NCBI GenBank assembly: GCA_946965045.2
Contig: OX337229.1
Location: forward strand, 2,914,001-2,978,000
Direction: 5' to 3'
DNA: 64,000 bases
From: Epithemia pelagica
Lineage: Eukaryota > Protista > Bacillariophyta
A program made the position numbers and the translations under genes. A model generated the notes under the pieces. That model saw only the letters and a list, made by a program, of their open reading frames with translations, was not told the DNA's origin and ran no database searches. Below are positions 8,449 through 18,670 of this stretch, piece after piece (the stretch's first letter is position 1; the number at the start of each line of letters is the position of its first letter).

Positions 8449-10086
8449 TTACACATCTTGAACGAGATTAACTGCCTTTGACATAAACGAGAAATGAAAG
8501 GAGGTAGTAGTCACTTCTCGACTCAAGATTAATGCTTGATAGATCAATAGACACCACCTTACTGTGAAAATTCGCCTCTCGGTTTCAGGGGTGCTTGATG
8601 CTTTCCGCGAGACTCGACGAACGTCGCGAGCCGGCTTCTTGTGCGAGGTTGAAAGGTCAATCCGATTCTGTTTCAGCTTTGCTTCCAAATCTTCCGTGTA
8701 TGCCAGTAGCTCTTCATACTGTTGACGATTCATGTTGGACACGAGTTCCACCATTCCATCAGGGTGACCGGAGTCTAATTATACCCTCACTTTTAGACCC
8801 GGTCTAAAAGGGTATAATTATTTTAGACAGAGGTCGAGTCTAAAATAAAATTTTTAGACTCCTAACCTTAACCCTTCAGTAGCGCCGCCACCACTGCGTG
8901 AGTACGAGACCGTTCTGCCTCATTCATCTCAATGACATCTCAATGAACAAAGTAAGGTCTCAGTTATCCTCTCTCATGCTTAGAGAGTGCAACAACAATG
9001 TCATACATACCATCCAATAACTTAGATGATGAAGCTATGAGGTCCTCTGGATGTGTTGTCATAGACAATGCTCGCTCCTGGTAGCTGTCTGTCTAGGGTT
9101 AGGGTTATTGCTTCGCCATACAAAACCACGGTGAGATTTTAGACCCTGTTTTAGACATTTTATACATTCTAAAAGTACTTTTAGATTTATTTTAGACCCG
9201 AAATATTTTAGACTGTCTAAACGGTCACCCTGATTCCATGTCCAATTCGAACAAAACGCCAAACTCGACCCAGAATCAACAATCCAATCATGGTGGCCAA
9301 AGTATCGTCATCCAATGCGTGAAAGGTGCTCTCTAGAGCAATGCTCGCAGAGACAATTGTGAAATCCAGTGCATAAAACGCCTGACGGAAAAATATCCAT
9401 GGCTTAATTGCCCACATGGTCACCAAGAGTTCCACCATGAATATACTGAGAGTGGTTATGGTCATATAAAACATTGCCTCTTCTGCGGAATGAACTTTGT
9501 GCCATTTGTGTTCATCGCAACCTGCTTCGTATTCCTTCTTCGGTACTAATGTCGGATCTTCACAATAATAAGAGCCATCTCCGCTTCCCGCCAAAAGCCT
9601 CATTCGCAGGGCCTCATCCTCGTCCCCCGTTGGTGCACAGCACGAAATTCCATCTCGCCGGATCAAATGGCACTGAGGATACGAGGTCATGAGCGCGAGT
9701 TCTGTAAATAGGAGAATCACATCAAAGAGAAGAAGGCCGGCCAAGGTGGACTGTACCCATCGCTGATGAAGAAACGCCAAGGTTCTGTGTTCTAGCGAGT
9801 CTTCTCCGTGGGTTTCATGCGCATGAGCTTGCGCTTGTTGATTGGTTGGAATACCAAAGTGAATTCCTCGTTGAGAGATTCCAGCTACGAGGCGCTGTCT
9901 CATGTGGTCCAAGCGATCGGGAATTATGGATGGTGGCCTGCGATCACGGACACTATCAGGATGCTGTTGTTCATCTTTGGCCGTTTCAGGTTCCGTCGAC
10001 GTCGAACCTTTCGACTCAGGCTCATCGGCAAGTGACGACGCATGCGTAGGAAGTGAATCGGTTGTCGCTAGATTCACCGTTGTCAT
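8449..10086 (-). CDS. HVCN1: Voltage-gated proton channel Hv1, coding sequence interrupted by a MITE at 8760-9232
   Basis: S1 LLLFDVILL (selectivity Asp), S2 ...FMVEL, S3 LDFTIV, S4 GRVWRFVRIGHG (RxWRxxR signature). Removing the MITE and one TSD copy gives ...RIGHG-MVELVSNMNRQQYEELLAYTEDLEAKLKQN..., an in-frame coiled-coil-like tail; 1158 nt = 385 aa + stop. A further in-frame 87-nt intron (ACA|GTAAGG...TCAAAG|GCA) near the 3' end is possible. Confidence 0.92.
8760..9232. mobile_element. Non-autonomous MITE (473 bp) with hAT-like termini and a 7-bp TSD
   Basis: TIR CAGGGTGACCG (8760-8770) / CGGTCACCCTG (9222-9232). ATTCCAT at 8753-8759 and 9233-9239. Many subterminal TTTTAGAC/GTCTAAAA motifs. 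Excision restores the Hv1 frame. Confidence 0.93.
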
Positions 10087-10376
10087 ATCACAGAGTTACT
10101 TGAAATAGTGGCTGGAGAGCTGCACCTTAAACAAGATCTTATATCTCAAAACAGAACGCAAAGAACAATATGCGGTTGGCGTTGGAGGTTGGAGGCAAAA
10201 CATATTATAGTAGAGGAAATGGCCCAGCTCAGACCCAACCCCATATCCACACCGTATCCTTTGCCGACAAAAATGCGACCACAACAAAAAAGGTGATGTA
10301 TGAAGTCGTCACCACCGAGTCAGTCGGAAGATCCAAAATACAAATGAAAAGATAAGGTCAAGACGACCGATGCAAG

Positions 10377-11285
10377 ATGTTGCCTCTCCTTTTCCAATCG
10401 TTGTTGGTGATTTCTGGTATCGCCAGAACTGCGTCCTTCTCGTGTTCAACTCTTTCCTCAGCCGGATTTGCCTTCCGAGGTCAACCGACAGCTTTTGCGC
10501 ATCCGCATCAATGTCGACACACTCCTAATCATGTCCGAAACTATTGGCATGTGGTAGGCAGGAGTTCGTTGACCGTCCTTTCCTTGTCATCCTCCTCCTC
10601 TTCGACAAAGTCAGTGGACCAAAGCTCTTTGAATGCTCGTCGCCGTGAATTGTTAGGAAGGAAAGGGCCACACTTTTTTCTGGACCGTGAGGCACGTCGA
10701 ATTGAATTTGGAGCAACAGCGCGATTGGTGACCGAACTGGACAACGATCAAACCAGTGATTCTCAGTTCTCTTCCGAGGAGCTCATATCGGACTGGCTTC
10801 GAGATGAACAAAGTTTTGCCATGTCGATATGGCGTCCAGATTTGATTGAGCGAAAGAATGACAATGTCTACCGCCTTCAACTGATGACTCTGCAGTTTGT
10901 CACCTTGTCATTGGCGCCATGGGTAGATCTGCGCTTGAAAACTGTCGATGACAGTAAAGGAAACCCGGTCTTCACATTACAATCGGTCGACTTTGATCCC
11001 AATGTCAAAATATTGCCTGGTGTACGGATATCGGCGGAAACATTGGGCATCACTATTGAGGTTGCTGGCCAGCTTCGTGCTTCGGCAGATGGAAAAGGAG
11101 TGACGGGGAGCATTGCGTTTGAGACTCAAGGCAATTTACCTTCTGCGTTTAGACTCATTCCCGACGCAGCACTCAAGGCAGCTTCTGATACCATCAATCA
11201 AACCGTTGTCAATTTCGCCATCAAATCCTTTGAAACAGGAGCCACAAGCAACTACAAAAAATACGCGAAAGAGCGGACAGTTTAA
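10377..11285 (+). CDS. Probably plastid-targeted DUF1997-like protein
   Basis: Signal peptide ending TAS|F, then a Ser-rich transit-like region. Mature part YRLQLMTLQFVTLSLAPWVDL...GITIEVAGQL...GNLPSAFRLIPDAALKAAS resembles DUF1997-type lipid-binding-fold proteins. Confidence 0.6.
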   Translation: MLPLLFQSLLVISGIARTASFSCSTLSSAGFAFRGQPTAFAHPHQCRHTPNHVRNYWHVVGRSSLTVLSLSSSSSSTKSVDQSSLNARRRELLGRKGPHFFLDREARRIEFGATARLVTELDNDQTSDSQFSSEELISDWLRDEQSFAMSIWRPDLIERKNDNVYRLQLMTLQFVTLSLAPWVDLRLKTVDDSKGNPVFTLQSVDFDPNVKILPGVRISAETLGITIEVAGQLRASADGKGVTGSIAFETQGNLPSAFRLIPDAALKAASDTINQTVVNFAIKSFETGATSNYKKYAKERTV

Positions 11286-11535
11286 GGTTAAAACTGAATT
11301 CCAACTAGACGATTGTACACCTGTGGATCCATGATGTCTATCGCCAAAACTTTTGTGTGCATTGGTTTGGGGATGTTTGCCGTATCCCTGTCGACGATTC
11401 TTCATCCTAGGTGACTTCACGGCGCTTGAGAGCACGAGACCATCGAACAATACATGACGATAGCCTTATCCATGTTTCATAGGGAAAAGAGTAATGCGTT
11501 ATACACTTACACAACAGTCCAAGTTCTCTGCATAC

Positions 11536-13830
11536 TCAGTCCTTCTTTGAAACGAGTTCTTCTACATCTCCAGAAGATGCGACTTCAACTTTCCCGTTCT
11601 CTTGGTCCGTTGCTCCGTCTGTAGCCTCGTTTTCGCCAGCAGCTTCGACTTCTTCCTCCTTATCATCATCATCCTTTGCCTCTGGGGTATCTTTCTTTTG
11701 CTTTTCCAACATTGCGTTAGCTGCATCCTTCTTTTCTTGAATTAGACTGTCCATTGCTTGTCGGATGGCTTGATATTCGGCTAGCGCGCGTTTAGAGCGT
11801 CCCATGGCCGTCCACAGACTTCCTCGACAGTATGGAATGATAATCTTGTTCCACAGGGGTACATATTCCAGGGAAATGACGTCTCGAAGCATTTTCCTCT
11901 GATCCTTATGGTGGCTGCTCGTACTGCCGGTCGATGGCGTAGAAGTAATGAGCTGTCGCTCCAGTTGCTTCAATTCTTGTGATACTACATTGAGAACTTG
12001 CTCCTCCAAGGCTTGTTCGAGTCGCGGAAGGGCTGAAGGCAACAAACAACGTCGCAACTCATTCAACCCCAAAAGAACTCCATTCACAAAACGACCCAGT
12101 GGTGGCGTTTGCATCAACACACGCGGTGGTGACAAAGGTTGTTCAAGCAACTCATCGGCAGAGGATGGGACCACAAAATCTTGAAAAGCTTGTTGCACCT
12201 CTTCTGCATTGGAAGTGGACCAAACAACAACGGCTGTCGCCACTCCGCTGCTACTTGCACCCCCGACAGAGCTGGCTATCAAGGGAGTTGCCACATTGAC
12301 CTGCTGACAAATGTTCCAAACTTCATGCAAGGGCTTGACACCCTGTTGTATCCAACAATGATGCACAATCCAGTGGACAAGAGCGTTCTCAAAGATATCT
12401 GGGATCCAGTAAGCCGTGAAATCAGCGCCCAAGCGCCCCATACTAGATGCAAAGAAAACGGTTGCTTCCATCAAATCTCGCAAGTTTGCCGCCCCAAATG
12501 ACAAGACTTGGTGTTGTTGATTACGGCTGGACGACATGGCAGTATTGGTGCTTTTGCCTCCAGTCGATGCGGTGCCTCCTGATGCCATGACAGTTGTATC
12601 CGCGTTCGCTGCGGCATTTGAGATGCCCTGTTGTAAAATTTGTAGAAATCCACGAATTCTACGACATGCCCATAGCGACAATAACGCGGCACTCGATGAC
12701 ATGTCTGCGTTCGTACCAGCCGATGTGTTGGTATTGGTCGATGCGTTCGCTCGAAAAATCGCGTTGAACTGTGTTGCAATTTCAAACACCCGTGTCCGAT
12801 ATCGTTCAATCGTATCGAGGAGGTCCTCCGAAGAGGTCGATGCCGATCCTTTCGAAGAAGAGCCAGGTACAAGAGAGTCCAGCCAGATATCCCGAGCTTC
12901 GAGGAAATCAATTTGCAGTTTGACTTCCATGGCGCGGTAAATTCGATCTTGGTCGACACTGGAGTTCATTTCGTCGTTCGTTGTGACGGATGATGATTGT
13001 GATGACATTTCCAGGTCAATAGAATTAAGACGACGCAGGGCTGTTACAACTTCCAAACAATCTGGCATCGTTACTGTTCCTTGTAAGCGGTATAGTAGAT
13101 GACGGCGCAAATCATCTTGCCGGTTACGGATCTGAGAAACAACGTGACTCACAACCTTGGTGCTATTGCTATTTTCCGATGAACAGCTACTACCATCAGG
13201 GACCGATGACGAGGATCCACGTCGACGTTCCAATGAATTTGCAAGACTGGCGATACTAAGAGCCTCTTCATACAAGTTTGATCGAACGCATGCATCCATC
13301 AAGGAAGGAAGTTCCAAAAGTTCCAACAAGGCTGAATGCTGCAACAGAGTGCGCCGACGAACACGATGCTTTTCAGATAGAATAGCGAGTGATTGGATTT
13401 TCTTCTTGCTCTTCGAATCATTTTCGGACGCTTCATCCGCATCTGGTTCCTCCGATTGGGCTTGCCACACTTGTTCCTGAGCTGATTCCACTTTTTTCTT
13501 CACTGAGGTGATGATGGATTCCAAATCTCGCAACGATTGTTCCATTCGCTGCCCACGCTTTTCGACAGCGACAAAGGTTCCAGCATGTACAGCACAAAGT
13601 GATTCCAACGCATCTTCGGCAGCTTCCAACGCTGCCTTAGCTACGAGACGTTCATCCATTTCGGATCCATGTCCCGCTCCATCTTGGTTCAACGAGGACA
13701 AGATCCACGAAGATGATGAATTGTTGTTGCTGATAACGTTTGTCCGCCTTTCATCTGATAAGGGAGATTCTGTTTCCAAGTTCATACTACCACCGTTACC
13801 CACTAGAGAAGATGTTAGAGTGGATGCCAT
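11536..13830 (-). CDS. COG8: Conserved oligomeric Golgi complex subunit 8 (Dor1-like)
   Basis: LLQHSALLELLELPSLMDACVRSNLYEEAL ... DCLEVVTALRRL ... FLEARD ... FEIATQFNAIF ... SSMGRLGADF are typical Dor1/COG8 motifs. Confidence 0.9.
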   Translation of the reverse strand: MASTLTSSLVGNGGSMNLETESPLSDERRTNVISNNNSSSSWILSSLNQDGAGHGSEMDERLVAKAALEAAEDALESLCAVHAGTFVAVEKRGQRMEQSLRDLESIITSVKKKVESAQEQVWQAQSEEPDADEASENDSKSKKKIQSLAILSEKHRVRRRTLLQHSALLELLELPSLMDACVRSNLYEEALSIASLANSLERRRGSSSSVPDGSSCSSENSNSTKVVSHVVSQIRNRQDDLRRHLLYRLQGTVTMPDCLEVVTALRRLNSIDLEMSSQSSSVTTNDEMNSSVDQDRIYRAMEVKLQIDFLEARDIWLDSLVPGSSSKGSASTSSEDLLDTIERYRTRVFEIATQFNAIFRANASTNTNTSAGTNADMSSSAALLSLWACRRIRGFLQILQQGISNAAANADTTVMASGGTASTGGKSTNTAMSSSRNQQHQVLSFGAANLRDLMEATVFFASSMGRLGADFTAYWIPDIFENALVHWIVHHCWIQQGVKPLHEVWNICQQVNVATPLIASSVGGASSSGVATAVVVWSTSNAEEVQQAFQDFVVPSSADELLEQPLSPPRVLMQTPPLGRFVNGVLLGLNELRRCLLPSALPRLEQALEEQVLNVVSQELKQLERQLITSTPSTGSTSSHHKDQRKMLRDVISLEYVPLWNKIIIPYCRGSLWTAMGRSKRALAEYQAIRQAMDSLIQEKKDAANAMLEKQKKDTPEAKDDDDKEEEVEAAGENEATDGATDQENGKVEVASSGDVEELVSKKD

Positions 13831-14324
13831 GGTTTTTGGTCATCTGGGATCTGGGTTCATTGAAAAAAAAGGGGTCACAATTCACAATCGGTGGATGTGC
13901 GACGTCATACACGGGACCCAATGATGCAGTAAGTCAGTCCTTGGGGGGTAGATAGTAGATAGACTATTCGCTTCCACTTCCATTCCTGTCTCCTCCCAAA
14001 GAGGTTGGTTCTTAGGGGAAGTCAGTAGTCATTGCAACGCCTCTAAGTTTAAGCAACATAACAGACAGCGATAGCTATGGTTCTTGGCGTCCTTTCCTGG
14101 TCTATGAAAGTCTATGAAGAGCTTGGACAACCTATAACATCCTCCAATCAGTTTGTCTGTTTCATGAGGATGGCGATGGGTATACATCATATGACAGAAG
14201 TCGTAGGAGCATTGTCTTGGACAGCAAGAATACAAGATGAAGAAAGAGAGGAAATATATGACGTGTACATAAATTGTTCGCAGAAATAACGACCTGTGTC
14301 GAGAGTCTGAGCCTGGTATACCCA

Positions 14325-14678
14325 TTACGGAACCAAATACCAGGGACCCCATCCACACTGGATTACACAAACACCAAAATAAGTGAGTGAAAACCAGAGA
14401 CATCAACATTTTGATGTTAATAAACTTTCATTTGCACTTACATCCTTCTTTCCAAAGCCGTAGCTTTCCCAGGTGAATTCGGTGTGACGCTGTTTCGTTT
14501 CCTTTATTTCGAGTTGTTGAACCGTCGCAGATTGATGGTTTGGTTCACCGTCCCTCGTGCTTGGTGCCACCGTTTCAGAACATGGCGAGATTCTTGGATG
14601 GGGTTCATCCGATCCATGGCTAACAAGCGATCCGGTTGCCGATGCAACGCCGAGAGCGGAACTCAGAGTGAAAAACAT
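14325..14678 (-). CDS. Small unknown protein, copy 1 of the TWESYGFG-K-CGWG-W-LVP family; 5' end uncertain; intron 14441-14358
   Basis: Exon ends ...FTWESYGFGKKD|GTAAGT; intron ends TCCAG|; last exon TGT GGA TGG GGT CCC TGG TAT TTG GTT CCG TAA = CGWGPWYLVP*. Same motif and intron position as 17914-18475. First in-frame ATG at 14678 (MFFTLSSALGVASA). Confidence 0.65.
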
Positions 14679-14943
14679 TACAAAGAAGGAATGCTTTTCT
14701 TGTTTCACTTGTTACATAATAGAAGCGTTGCCCAAAAGTGGCTTCTAATAGCATTGTAGAGATCTCATTCGATGACATGGACTTCGTTCACTCTTGACAT
14801 CATGCTTCCGAATAATCCCGTGATCAGCTGGTAATGGAAGTCCTGTTGACTGCCAGTCGAAGAACGGGTGAATGGTGAATGCACGCTCTCGTTTTCTTCG
14901 TTACTCATGCCTGGAAGTTCGCATCCCCAGCGGTACAACGGTT

Positions 14944-15492
14944 TTACTTCGTTCCGAATTTCGACGCCATGGAAGTGGTCCCTGGGATACTGGTCACTAC
15001 CACAAGTTGCTCGATGTTAGGCTTGGCTGATTCATGTTCACCACCAGATTTAAATATACATTTGATTGCTTGGTAATCGGTTCTGGGTGTAAGGAATGCG
15101 GGCACATGCGATCGTACTTCTTGGAGCATAAAGACAAGACGCTTTGAATCTCGAATAGCTTCTGTTGCTGCCGACACAATAATTCTTTTTTGTATTCCTC
15201 TTCGCTGTCGCTGTTGGTCTTGCAATTTGCACTCTCGCACCTCTCGTTTTTCCTGCGAGTACACGTACGTGTTCTTGGAACTGTGAATGAATCGATCGGG
15301 AATCGGCACTCGGGAATCAGAACGTAGTAATCCATTCCCAGGCGAGAAATTGTAGGAATAACGCAAAAATACAAGACTGCAGTAGTATTCTTCTTGACTG
15401 GGTCTCGAATCGCGTACTATTTTAGTGGATGCAGGAGTATGCATCAGTCCAGTCAGTCCCATCAGGAGTACGAGTATGTCTTCGTACTTCAT
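14944..15492 (-). CDS. Hypothetical 182-aa ORF; possibly an upstream exon of the 14325-14678 gene
   Basis: ATG start, hydrophobic N-terminus (ILVLLMGLTGLM). Ends in a possible phase-2 donor ACG AA|GTAAAA at 14947, like the phase-2 AA|GTAAGC donor of the paralogue. No recognisable domain. Confidence 0.3.
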   Translation of the reverse strand: MKYEDILVLLMGLTGLMHTPASTKIVRDSRPSQEEYYCSLVFLRYSYNFSPGNGLLRSDSRVPIPDRFIHSSKNTYVYSQEKREVRECKLQDQQRQRRGIQKRIIVSAATEAIRDSKRLVFMLQEVRSHVPAFLTPRTDYQAIKCIFKSGGEHESAKPNIEQLVVVTSIPGTTSMASKFGTK

Positions 15493-15684
15493 AGTGTGCC
15501 TCTAGCTTATCGTTGCGAGAGTATGCCATACAACTAGAAGTTGCCCTTTCAGTTGCGGAAACCATGCCAAAAATACAACTCTGCACTATGAAAGTAAGTG
15601 TACTTCATGACTGAAATACAACTTTTCTCACATTTTTCATTTCACGTACACCTTCGGCCCTTGTGGTGGCAATCCAAAATCCTA

Positions 15685-15714
15685 CAACAGCAACAGCAAC
15701 AGCAACAGCAACAA
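15685..15714 (+). repeat. (CAACAG)4 CAACAA microsatellite
   Basis: Read directly from the sequence. Confidence 0.85.
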
Positions 15715-17913
15715 CCATCCACAAGAGTCGTCGTCGTGATCGTATTCGTTGATCTCCGACAAGGCACTGCTCCTGCATTCCCGCATCTACCAAGTCTTTA
15801 TGGCGCGACAACAAGACCAACCACCAGACCAGGTGGCAGCCGAAAGAGCAACAAGGGCTCCTCCTCCTGCCCGAAAACCTGCGACTGTCGAGCGTCGGGA
15901 ATACTGTTGGTCGGCGTAATGGGCCACCTTGAGCCTTGTCGCAAGAAGCACCCATCGCCATGATGACGATGTCGACATCACAACACCATCATCAACAAGA
16001 CAACAACGACAAGTCGTTGTGCGCACGCAATTGCTCGAGGCCACAAACCAAACGAGCTTCCCGTTCAACCATGTTCTCTACACGGGACGGTTGAGATAAT
16101 AACAAGCCAGGCCGCCGTACACATCACACAAAAGTGGTGGTGGTGGACTCTCCATTCAGTCATCCTTATTGGAAAGGGAGCAACAAACGAAGGAACGAGA
16201 GTATTGTTGTTGGTTGTCGTCTCAAGGTAGAATTTAATCTCACGAGCATGTCCATAAAAAAGAATCACCAAAACACCTCCATGTTCGTCCTTAGGGGACA
16301 CTTTGAATCATTCTGCACTCGGACAATGCCCGTACTACCTAGGTAGGAGTAATAGGTTGGTAGAATAGACCCAAGAGATCCAAAAGAGTCATACCATCCG
16401 CCTCTTTGGTCCATAGAGAACGGTTTTTTCGTCCAATTTCACGGTCGCACTGAAACGGAGGGTATCTAGATACCTTTCTCCCGGACGATACATTCTGTGG
16501 ATGGTCGAGGGGCGAGAATTGTGGTCTTCTCTTCTACTCCTATGAATGAACGATGGACAACACCCAGTGCAGTGAATTTGAGTGAGTGTATGTGCTGCTA
16601 CTACAGGAGTCTCTTAGTGGACGGATATCGGGTGGAGGAAGGGCTATTTTGGCAAATGTTTGCTGCCATGTTGGGAGATTCAAACAACGGCTTCTCCTGT
16701 CCACGAACGTGACGGCTGGATCCTGGTGGTACGATAGATTGGTAGAGAGAAGGAGACTATGGCACCATGTTTGGGCACCTGGAGAGGCTCATACAGAATC
16801 GCCAAGGAGATTTTATTCCGCTCTACCTACAGAGGTGTTGGAGTAAATTGGAAAAGAAGCTAGATAAGGTAGCAAACAGGAATCGTCTTGTGGATGCCCA
16901 CCCACTATGGCGTATAAAGTATCGTAGGAATGTACCAGAAGCTACGTAGTTTTACTCACCGTTGTATTTTGTTCGGATACTACAGGAGTAGAGAATTTCT
17001 CTAAGTTTGTCTCTATTTTAGGAGAAGGAGGAGGAATTTAGGAATAGGCGGGCCAATCATACCTCCGTATCTACTAGAGGATGTCGGATGCCGACTCTTA
17101 GCCAGCCTCGAAACCCGTCTTCGAATACAACATGGAACGTCTAACAGTTGAGAGATAAAACTGAACTGATATCGTTCTAATGTAGAGCTACGACAGCTTT
17201 CAGTATACGCTGTCGTTGTCATTCATCGGATCTCACGGCCAGGAATCCGATTCGTAAACCATATCCAACAAACGTAAGCTCTGCTAGAGAGATTCAATCA
17301 AAACTCACCTATATGGTGTTCAAGATGCAGTGTCTTTGCTTGCTCCACATCGGACCACAGATTCGCATACGGTAGTAACTCCTACCTCAGTGTTCAATTT
17401 AGCGATGGGTCGAAGAAGTCGAAACCCACATGGACTTTCTCCACGTTATATTGTACCATTTCGCTTGCTCCCATGTAAGGACATAGGAAGGATGCGCACA
17501 GGAGGAGGGATACTAGTCGAGAATTAATCCTGGGCCGGATACACAGTTACACATGCCATTTCGACAAACCAGTACCAAGAGCGACACGCGATCCTATGCA
17601 AATATCGATCCGCATGAATGACAAAGACGATCAGAAATGCAAATCACAGGTATGCAGAAGACAAGCGTATCATAAAAGTCATCCATTCATTAAAAAATCA
17701 TATCGACGCCTCCTGTCACTCCCAATCTTTGGTTGTTCCGAGAGAAGACATGGGGAAATGAGGCTTCTTACTTTACGGAAGCGATATCTTGAGATTCTTG
17801 CATATTTCCTTCTAATTTCTTCTAAGATATCATCTATAAAATGTGCCCTTTCGGGATACATAGTGTTTTCCAGCCGATATGAGTCGTATTTGGCATGCGG
17901 CTCTCAACCAGAA

Positions 17914-18475
17914 TCACGGAACAAGGAACCAAGCGCCCCATCCACACTGTTTGAAAGTGATTCAGAAGGACGTGAGAATGACCGGCGCCTAAGGAAACAA
18001 GCAGGACGAAATGACACGTACCTCCTTTCGCCCAAATCCGTAACTTTCCCATGTTTTCTCAGTGTGGAATTTCTGGACCGTCATTGTATTCCTCAGTTTG
18101 AACGTGTCGTATCGGAGAACCACAGGGCTTGTGTTCGATGGTGAAGTCGTGTCTGAAGACGATGGTCTTGTTGCTTCGCGGCTGCGACCTTGTGTTTTCG
18201 TTGAAGAGCCCAGTGAAGAATTCCAGTCAACTGACATCCTTTGGTATTTGGTATATCGTAGCGAGTAGAGAGAAAAAGAGAAACGATTCGGCTTACTTCC
18301 TTGACTCGGGGCTGATAGCAGATGATCTTGTCTTCTGCTTTATTGTGGTCTCCTTACTCGCTATATTGCTGGCATTGTTTGTTGATCTTGACACATCAAC
18401 ATCAATGCCACAACGATTCGTATATTTTTTCGTATTTCTTCGTGAATGTTGCGACTTGCGACTTGCGAACGCCAT
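17914..18475 (-). CDS. Small unknown 142-aa protein, copy 2 of the TWESYGFG-K-CGWG-W-LVP family; exons 18475-18297, 18238-18022, 17946-17914
   Basis: Two GT-AG introns (58 and 75 nt) join three ORF-track fragments in frame: MAFASRKSQHSRR...SPESRK|MSVDWNSS...KTWESYGFGRKE|CGWGAWFLVP*. Confidence 0.7.
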
Positions 18476-18662
18476 CGTGCGAATGTCTGACGGACACAGA
18501 TATGAGCAGATGGCATGATCAGAAGGTTCGGATTGCTTTGACTGGTTGATGGGGGTTGCATGCGAACAGCTGGAGTACAATATGAGTTTATAGTGACAAT
18601 GCAGAGAATACAACCGGTTTTCAACTTATGCCATGCGAATGCGACCGTATCAGCGACCTACA

Positions 18663-18670
18663 TGACGTCA
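18663..18670. promoter_or_regulatory. TGACGTCA palindrome (CRE/bZIP-type site), candidate
   Basis: Perfect palindrome about 190 bp upstream of the 18475 start. A second copy at 41373-41380 lies in a divergent promoter. Not statistically distinguishable from chance by eye. Confidence 0.25.

Noticed and set aside
1-10086. V-ATPase A and Hv1 within 10 kb as a pH-homeostasis cluster
   Set aside because: They are separated by unrelated genes, with no shared motif seen; chance proximity in a gene-dense eukaryotic genome is sufficient. The same applies to COG8 and Sec5.
16497-16560. TGTGGATGG (CGW) on the plus strand as a third copy of the CGWG motif exon
   Set aside because: No AG acceptor precedes it, it continues CGWSRGEN rather than CGWGxWxLVP, and no WESYGFG exon lies upstream.
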